A stretch of 63,968 nt of DNA, counting the filler, from Piptocephalis cylindrospora (lineage: Eukaryota), in NCBI GenBank assembly GCA_003614145.1. It is 5 parts of 5 records of this genome, joined end to end, with 100 filler letters (N's around TTAATTAATTAA, not from the genome) between each part and the next. Parts side by side here need not be neighbours in the genome. Positions count along the whole stretch, not along the records: positions 39,624 to 52,638 come from KZ987950.1; positions 52,739 to 63,968 come from KZ988005.1; 3 more parts are not named here. The stretch is one strand, 5' to 3'. The translations under genes were made by a program, and so were the position numbers. The notes under the pieces are model-generated. The model did no database searches, was not told where the DNA came from, and saw nothing but the letters and a program-made list of their open reading frames with translations. Every line of letters begins with the position of its first letter. Within the stretch, counting starts at the first letter, position 1. Of this stretch, positions 48,551 to 60,140 are shown in pieces.

Positions 48551-49300
48551 TCATTGAGCCTTGGCTTTCCGTTCACTTTCGGCCTTTTCCCGTCGAAATT
48601 TGGTAATGGCCACGCCCACCTCGTTCCTCAGGCGCTTTTGCAAGGCTGGACGGTATCCGAGCATGAAGAGGATTTCGATAAAGACAAATAATGGGGCGAG
48701 AAAGAAGGCTAGTGCGCCAAAGGAAGGAACGGGTAGAATGAGATAAGGATGGCGGCGTCAAGAACTCTCTATCCTATTCACATGGCGGTTTCCAACGTAC
48801 CTTGACTAATATTATCCAAAAAGGCAGGGGATCGGCCCTCGGCAAATCGATGAGCAAGAATTTGAGCGGTCCAGGAAAAGAGCTGAACATACAGAGCACA
48901 GGAAAGGTAATTGGGATGGGAGGATTGAAAGAGGGTGGCATGACCGCACATTCCCAAGAGAATTGGAGCGTATAGCAGCTATTGGATGGAGGGAGATGAT
49001 GAGGAATGGGATATGTATTAACCCTAATACTCTCCAATGACTTACCCCAGCAACGGGTTCCAGAAGAATGTAATATCCAACGTAGAAGAGAGTGGAGAGG
49101 AGGGCGGCGGTGGGGACAAGCCCGACTTGGGTCAAGATGGGTCCTACAGACACATCCAGGACCGGTCCTGTGGTGGACAAGAGAACCAGGGCACTCCAGA
49201 CGATGGCAGGAACACAAAGGACATGGACCAATACATTGAATTTGTTGGCGTGGTACTGACCATAAAAGCTCAGCTGCTTCTCAAAGTCAAAGGCGCTCAT
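48551..49300 (-). CDS. MPO1: 2-hydroxy fatty acid dioxygenase Mpo1 (DUF962; 2 introns)
   Basis: QLSFYGQYHANKFNVLVHVLCVP, W.AQILAHRFAEGRSPAFLDN..QAFFLAPLFVFIE.LF.LGYRP.L. Confidence 0.88.
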
Positions 49301-49988
49301 TCTGGGGGAGGGGGAGGGAGAGAGGGGGGGAGGAAGAGGTAAGGAAGGAAGAGTGGGAAAGCACGCTCACGAGGTCACGTTGAGGATTTACCCCCTTCCA
49401 AGTAGAATCATATCATCATCTCCTGTCTTACCCCAGGAGGTGTGGTGAAGTATGTGCGTGGGGTTCACATCTAATGTGCTCCCCCATATATACTCAAGTA
49501 GAGGCATATTGGTGGATTGACTGATGGGTTCGGCATAGTATTGCTTTGTGATGTGTGTGGCGGCGGTAATTGACGGGGCTGTGTGTGGTTTATTGAAGCG
49601 GGCGTGTAGAGCCAGCCCCCTTAATGCGTGGAATCAGGGTGAAACTAGGTGATCTACCTCAGGCGAGGCAGGGTGGGGAAGAAAGGGGCCACGATGAATA
49701 TCATTGAGAATAACCAGACTAAGAGGGTGATAAAATACAAATTCATTATTTTACTTTCAGCTGAATGAGCGCTGCCGTTATTACGACACCTGGCCTCGGA
49801 AATTCAACATATAAACTAGTATTCCTAATCATCACTAGGATCGTACACTTTATAGGACTATGCTGAGCTAAACTTGAAGGAGGTAGACTCCTCATATCCT
49901 ATCCTCTCCTGAAGACCATTTCCCAGGAGAACAGCTCATCCCTTTCAGACGTGATGGGATTGATACTCCATTCACTAAAAAGACGTCG

Positions 49989-50525
49989 TCATTCCAAGAC
50001 ACCAGCGTCGCTCAGCAAACCCTTCAATTTCCCGCTCTCTTGCAAGGCCTGAACATTAGTACCTCCACCCACGGAGACTCCTTTGATAAAGACATTGGGA
50101 AAGGTGAATCGTCCCGTTTCCCGGCCAAGGACTCGTTTCATGTCGGCCATGTCGGGTCGGAGATCCACCTCAATGACATGATACAAAGGGGACATGGTAG
50201 GGTAGGTGTTAAGAATGTCCTTGGCTAGGGTACTCCAGAAACAGTAGGTCTTGGAGAAGACCAGGACCGGATGCTGCTGGATCAACCAGTGCACCTCTTC
50301 CTCAGTGGACATGCCCGCCCGCGGCATCATGTCCAGGAGACCACGTCCGGATATTCCGGGTCTAGGTCCCTCATCGTCATCTGGATAGTGGGCCCCATCA
50401 TCAGCAGGGTGGGGTCGGCTGTGGTGGGGGAGTCGTTCCGAGGTGGACCTGTGCAGGAGGTAGTGCAGGGTAAGTATGGTCACCAGGGCGCACAGCCAAA
50501 AGAGGATGCGTCTTGAGTTGAGCAT
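49989..50525 (-). CDS. Monothiol glutaredoxin with N-terminal signal anchor (Grx6/7-like)
   Basis: N-terminal TM; VLVFSKTYCFWS, TGRFTFPNVFI.G..VGG. Confidence 0.88.
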   Translation of the reverse strand: MLNSRRILFWLCALVTILTLHYLLHRSTSERLPHHSRPHPADDGAHYPDDDEGPRPGISGRGLLDMMPRAGMSTEEEVHWLIQQHPVLVFSKTYCFWSTLAKDILNTYPTMSPLYHVIEVDLRPDMADMKRVLGRETGRFTFPNVFIKGVSVGGGTNVQALQESGKLKGLLSDAGVLE

Positions 50526-52638
50526 TTTTCGGGGTTGGAGAGATGAGAGATAGAGAAGAGGTGATTTTGCGTGAGAGAAGGAGAGGGAGAAGAGAAGCGG
50601 GGGATTTAGACTCAGCAGGCCTCTAATGAGTGATTACAGGTCACATCTCTCTCTCTGCTGAGAAATAGCCCTCGCTTTATGCTGTGTTGTCTATCCGCTA
50701 CAGTGTCTAACGATCACCATAAATCAGTCTTTATCGCAAGAACCCATCCATCATCATTGTAGTAATTGTAAAGATCTATAAGTTTGTGAATTAAAGGCGT
50801 CTGGTCCCATAGATCCCTCCGCGTGATGAGTAGTGATAGATGTATAAAGGGTATAGGTTTCCTCTCCATAAAAGGGAATGAGATCCCGATGAACCTGTGT
50901 CTTCTCCAAGCCCATAGTGATCTATCCCATGCGCACATAGGATGGACCCCATGCAAGGTTACTCCTCGCCCTCTTTCCTGTCTAATAATAGTATCAAGGA
51001 GCTCCCCTTTCCCCTTTCCCTTTTCCATCTGCGCGCCGTATGTATCCTTGGTGGAAGCGCATTGAAAGCCTTTTTACCCCTTTCTCTCTTCCTGAGCATC
51101 CATTTGCTTTCTGCGATGGTCAACGAGCAATACTTGCCCTTCCATGACCCTCTATCGAATATAAAAAAATAGTACTAGCCACGCACGCCTATCATTCATT
51201 TGATGCATTTATTTACACATGGAGGCCCCTATCCGGATCGATCAATGTTTACCTTACAGCAATACAAATGAAAGACAGATATTGTCCATTTAACTCATTC
51301 ATCATTCCTCTCCCTTCAGCCACCATGCCTTGCATCTCATTTCCCTCTGTCACACTCATGCATACCACCATCCTTCATCATGCCTTTGGTATCCCCTTGA
51401 GAGTAGCTGACCTATTATCCCCTATCCCATGCCTCCTAGAGCTGAAAATCCGCTTATACGTTGGAAAAGAGGACGCATGCTTGCCAGTATGGTGGTTGGT
51501 CATTGTTAGGCATGAATAAAATGCATCTCTGATATTATCTACGAATGGGGGATATTTCTAATGTTATTGTGGAAGGAAGGTCATTTCTGAAACTACTCCA
51601 ATAAATAACCATCCATTTGGACGGATATTGATCTTGTGCAGTTGGACCCTTCCCCTTGCCCCGGTTGGCTAAAACCCAAATTACTCCATCCCACCATCGT
51701 CCATGTTGCTCAGGGATGCGAGGGCTCCACCTGAGGTTGGGATAAAGATTATGACGATAATGTTCAGATGGGCTAGAATGTGTCGTCACCCGGGCCCCCC
51801 AAAGCAGATGAATACGAGCCGTCCACTCCCACCTCAAAGATACAGGCAACCAGCCTCTCGGCGAAGACCAGAAAGGAGATGACTTTTCCGATATATCCCA
51901 TATTTTCTCTACAAAATTCGGGTGTATCGAGCCCTACACTATGTGGTAGTAGTACACATTTTACTTTTCTCCCTTAATCTTGCATTTTGGGATGTCTGGT
52001 CACACACGGCGCCTCTCGGCCCGAGACGAGGCGAGAGCCGTGAGAGGAGTGTGTGCGGTCTGCCCCTCCCCTCTTCCCCTCCCTCGCTGTGTAAACCCTG
52101 GCTGGCCCCGTCTCCCGACCATCTCCCCTTTTACCCACGAGAAGGACCCAGTCGTATGACATATCCATGCACTATGGAGGGTTCTGGGGAGAGGGACCCT
52201 TGGACCGCCCACCGTGGGTAGCAGTGTAAAAAATGAGTCCATTCTGTGCCTTCACCCCACTTCACCATGGCCTTCTCCCCCAAAAATGACGGGAGGCACC
52301 AATGTGGTGGATATAAATAGTTCCCCATTTTCTTTACAGCCTCTCCCGCGCCCCATATTTCCACTACCTCCAGTATCCCTTTCACCTTTTTTTCTTCTTC
52401 AGCCCTCGTTTGGTCAACCCTCCTCATCCGTCTTCCTGCAGCGTACCTCTCTGGTTTCGACTTGCAGCGTTAGTCGTCTCCTCCACACCCTATTATTTAA
52501 GCAGTCTGGGTATCAACCGGTCTGTGCATCAAACTTTCCTTTCTACTCCCTCACCTCCACGGGCTGGACCCTTTCGCGCCGGAATGATAATGTACATGGT
52601 GACCATGCGGACATGCTCGGATCTGAACCGACCCAAGG

Positions 52639-52738
52639 NNNNNNNNNNNNNNNNNNNNNNNNNNNNNNNNNNNNNNNNNNNNTTAATTAATTAANNNNNN
52701 NNNNNNNNNNNNNNNNNNNNNNNNNNNNNNNNNNNNNN
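52639..52738. other. Artificial contig linker
   Basis: N run + TTAATTAATTAA, 100 nt. Confidence 0.97.
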
Positions 52739-54405
52739 AGGTGAAAGATGAGGAGTCAACATATCAGCACTTACAGCAAATAAGGACGAAAGAGAATTGA
52801 TGGGGCAGGGTACTGACTACGGGTACAGTAAGGAAGAGCTTCAGCGCCAAGAGCGGGAGATATCTCGAGAAGTAGGAATGTAGGGAAAAAGGAGATAAAA
52901 GTACTGTCACAGTACATTCCTTTTCTTGACTCCCGTCAGACACCTTTCCTTTATTTCACCATCTAGGGAGCACAGAGAGCCTCCACGACAACCCTGTCCT
53001 TTAACAACCAGGAGCCGCGCCTTGCCCTGTCTTGACGGGCGGGATACATACATAGCCATTGATCCGCCTCGCCCCACACAGTCGGACTTGAGAGGATCGG
53101 TATGGATGTGAATGTGGGAAGGGCATGGTGCTGGCTGGTGCTGCTGTCATTGTCACTGCTACTGCTACTGCTGTCGACTAGGCGGGTGTGAATAGTTTTG
53201 AATTCGACCTAGGTCAGCGGAACACGAATGCCTTTTCTCCCCACCCCTCCTTCCAGTCCGCCTCCCCTGTCCATGGGCAAGCCCAGCCAATTCGAGACTA
53301 TTTTTACAATAAAAGATAAAAAGAAGTAGATGACGGCTTTTTGGGGGGTTGGAGAGGGGACGAATTTGGGGATGATGATGACGATATACAGCAATTTATA
53401 GTGGGGAAAATGGATGCTTTTTTGTATCCAGAACAATATCGTCCCTACAATCGTCCACATACCTAAATAGCCATGTACTCGATCAGCAACAGCCGAGAAA
53501 ATCCCCATGACACGCAGTCTCGGAAGAGTGCATTGTTTCAAAAATACAAATGTTCAGTCCGAAATTGAACTTGAGCCTTCAGAAGGGGATGAGAGCCTCA
53601 GGAAGCATGAGCGTATCCTTCTGCATGGAACTGTGCTCTGGACCATCCACACTGCCTACACACGACTGATCTTTGCCCCGGATCTGACGTCTAATATGAT
53701 CAAGATGTGGCACCCACTACTACACAGGGTCCTAGTGGCTAAAGCTAGGACGGCAACGCACGCATGGATCAGAACCTGGGTTCCGGTCTCGATGGGCGCG
53801 ACTGATCCAGTGGATACCAAGACCAGGTCAGGGCCTAGCTTGGATCTTCTCGGATACCTGAGTGTGGTTTTTGAGTGTTTTTCTTTACCTTTTACCATTT
53901 TACGGTAATGTGTGGTTTTTTGACAATGCATTACTCCTTTCAGCCTTCAGAGGGGGATAAGGCTGATCTGATCACGGGAGTTGTGGGGATGGATGAAAAT
54001 ATGCCTTTTTTTTCTCAGCTTAGCCTCCACACCCAGAAAGTGTGGGTCAGCACTAACATTTTCATATTCAAGTAAGCCTGGGAAAATGGATTTGGGTACG
54101 GATGTAGGTGAGTGCATGCAGGAAGGTAGGTGGACCTCTCACAGATGCCTTCCTATGGTCGAGAAAATACACAATTGCCCCTGCCCCACAAATCGAGGAT
54201 GGTCGTCTCTCCTTGTGGCTCAATCACGCCCCACCCCGCTTCCCACGCTCAACGCCTTTTTTCTCCAACCTGGAGGAAAAATAGATCCTTGGACGAAGAC
54301 AGACGAATCCTGTCACCACCGTTTGCTTCCTGCATCTTTCCTCTCCTCTCCCTCCACTCTTCACCCTACCCCTACATCACCCACACACGTCAGCTTTTCC
54401 CGGCC

Positions 54406-56114
54406 ATGTCTGCATCTTTTCTTCGTCAAGGCTCCCGTCGACTCAGCAGCCCTCTTCGACATGGGATGCGAGCATGGTCCACAGTACGTACTTACCCGGG
54501 ACTGGGAGCTTAGATGGCGAGTATCTCAGGATGAACAATACTCAACCACTCATCTCTCCCATCCTCATAGCCTAGGGTCATAATGGCCAGGACACTTCCG
54601 CAACTCTCTATCCATTCTTCGTTGACTCGGTCCTTTTCCATCCTCCCTACCCCGCGAAAAGAGTACCTTCTGGCTGATATTGGAGAAGGCATTACCGAGT
54701 GTGAAATTGTGCAATGGTACGTGACAGGGCCCGGCCCTCTTTCTCCTCTTCCTCTTCCCAACTCCTCTTCCCTACTTAGGTTTGTCAAGGAAGGGGATAA
54801 TATTGCCGAATTTGACAAGATTGCCGAGGTTCAATCGGACAAGGCTACTGTCGAAATTACCTCGAGATATACTGGGGTCATCCGTCGTCTCCATCATGAA
54901 GTGGGGGCCATGGCCACCGTGGGTGCCCCCCTAGTTGAAATTCAAACTCCCGAGGAGAGTGAAGGATCTACAGAGGCTGCCACCGCTCCTGCTCAGGACT
55001 CTACACCCACCCATGCTTCCGCCCCCTCTCAGGCTTCCACTCCCTCTCAAGCCTCGACCTCAGCTCCCAAGACTGCTAGTCCCACCACTCCCCCAAACAC
55101 GAGCTTCCTAGACGGATCTAACCAGGTCCTCGCCACTCCAGCCGTTCGTCGTGTGGCCCGGGAACGAAACATTGACCTATCTACGGTCAAAGGGACGGGG
55201 AAACAGGGAAGAATCCTCAAAGAAGACGTCTTGTTCCTTTCCCCTTCTACCCCTTCTCCATCGCAACGTAAGCTTGATCTTTTTTTTTCTTCCTCTCTCC
55301 CCCATATCACCCTCCTTCACTCACCCCCAAAACCCTGACCCTGGATATAGAAATCACCCTAGCCTCAAAGGTTGCCGAAAGTTCAATCCAACCTTTGAAC
55401 CCCATTCAAAAGATTATGTTCCGCACCATGACAGCCTCCCTGTCCATTCCGCACTTTGGCCTATCGGATGAAATTGCTATGGAAGGAGCCTCATCCTTCC
55501 GGTCCAAGCTCAATGCGCTGCTCTCCAAGTCCCCATCCAAGGATGGAGTCAAGCGTATCTCCTACATGCCCATCATGGTTAAAGCCCTGTCCATGGCTCT
55601 CAAAACCTATCCCATCCTTAATGCCTGTGTCGTCGAGGGCACGGACGGGTCCCCAGCCCTGGCCTATCGCGCCGCCCACAACATCGGTATCGCCATGGAT
55701 TGCCCCAATGGCCTGATTGTTCCCAATGTCAAGGATGTCCAGAACCTTAGTATTCTGGATATTGCCGCTGAGCTCCAGAGGCTTCAGGAAGCTGGAGCCA
55801 CCGGAAAGCTCCTACCTTCGGATCTGCAGGGAGGCACCATCACTTTATCCAATATCGGTACCATTGGGGGCACCTACACGAGCCCTGTTCTCGTCACGAG
55901 CGAGGTATGCATCGGGGCAGTGGGTCAAATTCAACGACTTCCTCGATTTGTCACCGATGCCCAGGGCGTAGAACAAGTCGTTCCCCGTCAGATCCTTACA
56001 GCCAGCTGGAGCGCCGATCACCGGGTCATTGACGGGGCCACCATGGCCAAATTCAACTCTCTCTGGAAGAGCTACCTTGAACAGCCCGAGTTGATGGCCT
56101 CGGAGCTATCCTAA
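54406..56114 (+). CDS. DBT: Branched-chain 2-oxoacid dehydrogenase E2 (dihydrolipoyl transacylase), mitochondrial
   Basis: Presequence; LADIGEGITEC, lipoyl EVQSDKATVEITSRY, E3-binding LATPAVRR...GTGKQGRILKEDV, catalytic WSADHRVIDGA; 3 introns. Confidence 0.95.
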
Positions 56115-56268
56115 ACTTTTTTTCCATAAAAGTGAGGATAGGAAAGGAGGGGGTGAAAAGAAATGAAAATTTGGTAGAGACTCGTATAAAACCTCAAACA
56201 TCCATCCTAAGATAGACAATCAGCATGTGTATTTCATGGGGGAAGAAAAGAACAAGAAAGAGGCTAGG

Positions 56269-57022
56269 TCAAGAAGCGCCGTGAGTTTGACTCTTCCATG
56301 ATCGTACAAGAGATTGCGCCGCGTCGGGATCGGAGAGGCGAGTGGAGACGAAATCAGTGAGATCCTTCCAGAATGTCTCGTCCTTGCTCAATTGCTTCAT
56401 ACTATTTTTGGGCTTGGGCGTCTCGGTAGCCTCGACAGCCTCGATAGCTTGACCAGTTGAGGGAGAAGACTTCCGCATGGCCTGGAGCAAGGCACCTTCC
56501 CCGATGCCGTACTCCTTGAGGCTCTTGTGATCCTGTAAGACCTTTCCTTTGAGGAGAAACCGTAGAGTTTCGGGAGCACCTGCACCCTGCGCACAGACCG
56601 CTTGGCGCACCTCAGATACCGAGATATCCTCAGGTAATGCCAGCTTGTATTCTTCCTTGGTCTTTAGGATCTTTACCCGGATATTCACCTGTGTTGCCTT
56701 CTTCTCCCGGTGAGTCTCCTCAGGTACTTGAAAGCACGGGTAGGCTGTCGTGTCGACCGATAGGATAAAATCCTCGGTAGACGGGCTTTCCATGTAATCC
56801 TCCGCATATTGCACAGCTCTTGGGCTGAGGAGAGAGTAGAACTCCTATTGAAAGAAGACCCGGAGATATGAGTAGTGAGTGGATGGATCCGGGTAGGACA
56901 GATCTGGACAAGGTGGGTTTCTCACCCCAATAACTAACTCAGCAACTTCCATCTATGCGAGACATATCCCAGAGCTCCAAGCATCCGACATAACTTACCT
57001 GGTAAAATTCAGTTTCGCCCAT
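56269..57022 (-). CDS. GET5: Ubiquitin-like protein Get5/Mdy2 (UBL4A-like)
   Basis: MGETEFYQ / EFYSLLSPRAVQYAEDY N-terminal segment, UBL (LRFLLKGKVLQD.KSL.EY), C-terminal FW.DL..F...L...W dimerisation motif. Confidence 0.8.
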
Positions 57023-57345
57023 GTTGGCCATTGGAAGAAGAAATATGGAACGAGGGATAGGGAAAAGATAAGAAGATGGGATAGCGTCGTCGTCCGATCT
57101 TCATCTCAACGACAAAATTCTCGTCTTCAGACCGATTTATCGCGCGAACGTCTCTAGTAGATCCAACTCATGAAGCACCCATCCCGAAAACTCCGCTCAA
57201 AATTACCTTGAAAATTGGTTCGATTTGGATTATTTTTCAAAGTGAGTAAAAAGAAGCCTTGTGGAATGATCCTGGATTTACCGATGGAAGCACGTCTTAC
57301 CCTTTTTCCTCATCCACCTGAAGCATCTTCTCTAGGCCTTTCACC

Positions 57346-57877
57346 ATGCCTCTTCTTACACCCTCAAGCCTTTCATCCCTAAGGTCGCGTACCTTGAGCG
57401 CCCTTCGGCCCATTCTCTTTGCTGGTAAGAGCCACGATGGGATGGAGCAGAAGGCGAGGACACACCCAACCTCATGCTAAATCTCCCATCCCCATAGTGC
57501 GTACGGCCACGAAAAAATCGGGTGGTTCCACCAAGAACGGACGTGATTCTGCTGGACGACGACTCGGTTTAAAGAAGTTTGGTGATAATCCGGTCATCCC
57601 AGGTAACATTATTATTCGGCAGCGTGGAACCAACTTCCATCCGGGTCAGAATGTTGGTATGGGCCGGGATCATACCATTTTTGCCCTGACCAAGGGATTT
57701 GTCAAATTTTACCGTGTTCCCGAATACCCCGAACGCAAGTACGTTGGCGTTGTCGACCGCATTGAGCATGTCCTTCCCTTGGGCAAGAACCAGAGGTACC
57801 GTCGCTTTACCCTCGACACCCTCATCCCCTCCCTTCCCATTAAGGCTCTCGAATCCACGGGTCAGGCCAATGCATGA
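57346..57877 (+). CDS. MRP7: Mitochondrial ribosomal protein bL27m (1 intron)
   Basis: [27 protein letters not shown]...[29 protein letters not shown]. Confidence 0.95.
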
Positions 57878-58070
57878 AGGATGGTGATGGGAGAGGCAGG
57901 GACGATTTCCTTTTTGATACAGTGTTTCTTTGATCTATCTCTGATCGGGATGTGTCCCTAACGACGTAACATCTTGCTCGATTATGCCTATGACACAGGA
58001 CCTAATGATCGTGCTAGCATAACATATGGTGGACCATGGACAAGGAAAAGGCGACACAAGACCAAATGCT

Positions 58071-59554
58071 CTACATTTGAACGAGAGGCGCATCCTTCTC
58101 GGAGGGCCATTTTCTCGAAAACTCCACCCGTAGCATTCCATACACCACATCCACCAGAAGGATGATTTGCGCTGCGGCCCAGACCAGGGTCACAGCAAAG
58201 AAAAAATTGGCATTCCCACTGCCCCAGTGGATCCATAGATGCCAGAAGGGTAAAGACAGGGCCAGGGCATGGAGAAAGAGGGATGAGATGAGGAAGGAAT
58301 ATCTCATGTCTATCACAAGAGGGGAGGGGAGATGGAGTAGAATAGGATGAAGTCAGTAAGGTAGAGAAAACATATCCAAGAATAGAAAGGTCGACACTTA
58401 CGGGCAAAGACACCGTGAAAGAGGGGAAGAAGGGCCAGGGTGACCGTGATATCCCCGATACTCGGATAACCCTTGAAGGCATTACCAATCCCGAGAAGGA
58501 GCCAAAAGGCAAAATCAGGCCGATCCGAGAAGCGAATGGCCACAGGGATGGCAAAGGCAAAAAGGTGAAGCTGGAGGGCGCCAATGAAAAAGACCCGGAA
58601 TGACTCGAACATTTCTGTCAGATAATACCACCACAAACCCACATTGGGCGTCAAGTCAGGGATACTCAGACTAGAGGTCGTGGTCAGGGAGGCATGGAAG
58701 ATGAGATGAAGCAAATATGGGATAACGAAAAGGAGCACATCCTCACATAAATCCATAAGTAGCCGGGAGATAGTCCCAGGAGGCCGTGAGGAGGAATGAA
58801 AGAAGATGAAGAGCGCTGGTCCACGCAAGGACCCCTCCTATACACGATAGCATCACATCCTTCCTACTGGATGCAGGCACTTGGTGTGTCAGGGCCAGGA
58901 GGATCGGGGTAATGAGAACTAGGGGATACAAGGAAAGGTAGGTAGCGAGGGCTATGCTACACATTGCCCAGGTCCGGCTCCCCCGTAGGGCGTAGAGGAG
59001 GGAGCTGAGGATGGCAAGGTGGGTGTAGATGAGACTCGATCGGGCCATGGACGTGATCAGAGAGATAGGGTTAAAGAGATACACACTCATCATCACTAGC
59101 CCTAAATGATACCCATTGGGCTTTGGGGTAATCCCTTTGGAGGTCGCCGCCTCTCCCACCTGGTAAAGGAGAAAACCTGCAAGGAGATCGAGGAAGAGAT
59201 AGTAAGCATTGATGATGCCCAGAGGAAATCGAGAGAGAAGGGTAGCGAGGGTAAGGAGAAGAGGTGGCTGGTGACAGGGTCCCCCGTCGTACGGAGACAT
59301 GCCGTGTTCCAGGAGAAAGGCCCCCTCAGCCACTAAGGAAGGAGAAGGGATGAGCATTGAAATAAAGTCATTATCGCGCCTGTCTACATCCCAGACTATC
59401 GCTTACATGGCTTCCAACGAGTCAGCGGATTAACGACTAGGACATGATTGGCCACGGTTTCCCATAGACTGCTGGAGACGACGAAGAGAAGCAGTAAACG
59501 GACAAGGGCAGCCCCTGCGAGCACCTTAGTAGGTGCGTCCAGTGTCGAAGCCAT
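58071..59554 (-). CDS. GAB1: GPI transamidase subunit PIG-U/Gab1
   Basis: EGAFLLEHGMSPYDGGPCHQPPLLL, YLFNP, PDLTPNVGLWWYYLTEMFESF, KGYPSIGD, GSGNANFFFAVTL; several introns. Confidence 0.93.
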
Positions 59555-60140
59555 GTGGACAGTGTATGGAATCGGTCAACGTGGATGAATAAGGTGAGGA
59601 GCAGCTTGAAGAGACCACTAGAGCAGCCCGAGCGCAAGGATGGGAGATGGACAGGAAAGATGGCGGCGGTGGTGGTGGTGGTGGGAAGAGACTAACGAAA
59701 GGGAAGCAAAGTTCCTGGATATGATCACTCACCTCCGTCGTCTCCCTACTCTCGTTTGCCCACTAATGCCCATATGTGTGCTGTGGTCGTTCACCCTAGC
59801 TATTCAAACTCCTTTAGTTACCTCGGTCCGCCCAGGTTGCACTCTGGTAATAAATTTATAACCAGAATGAAACTCAGTGGGTAATTCTGGTTTGGCGACG
59901 CGTTCAATTCCGACCAGCCATGCAAAAACGAGAAAGAATGGAACAGTCCACAAGGAAAGAGGAGGACAAGGGCTGATCTGTGTTGGCTAGCTTTGCAGTA
60001 ACAGCAATTGGATACGACGCGCGACCTCAAGTCCAGTAAGATTATGATCAACACGTCAAGCTATTCATGCTTGAGTGGATGCCATCCTCATCCTTTGGCT
60101 CTTTATCCCCTCCCTCTCCGCTCTGATCATTTCCAGCACC

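Noticed and set aside
50600..54400. Many short ORFs in the gene-poor stretch around the last linker
   Set aside because: No recognisable motifs or consistent splice models; treated as intergenic, apart from a possible gene start cut at 52638.
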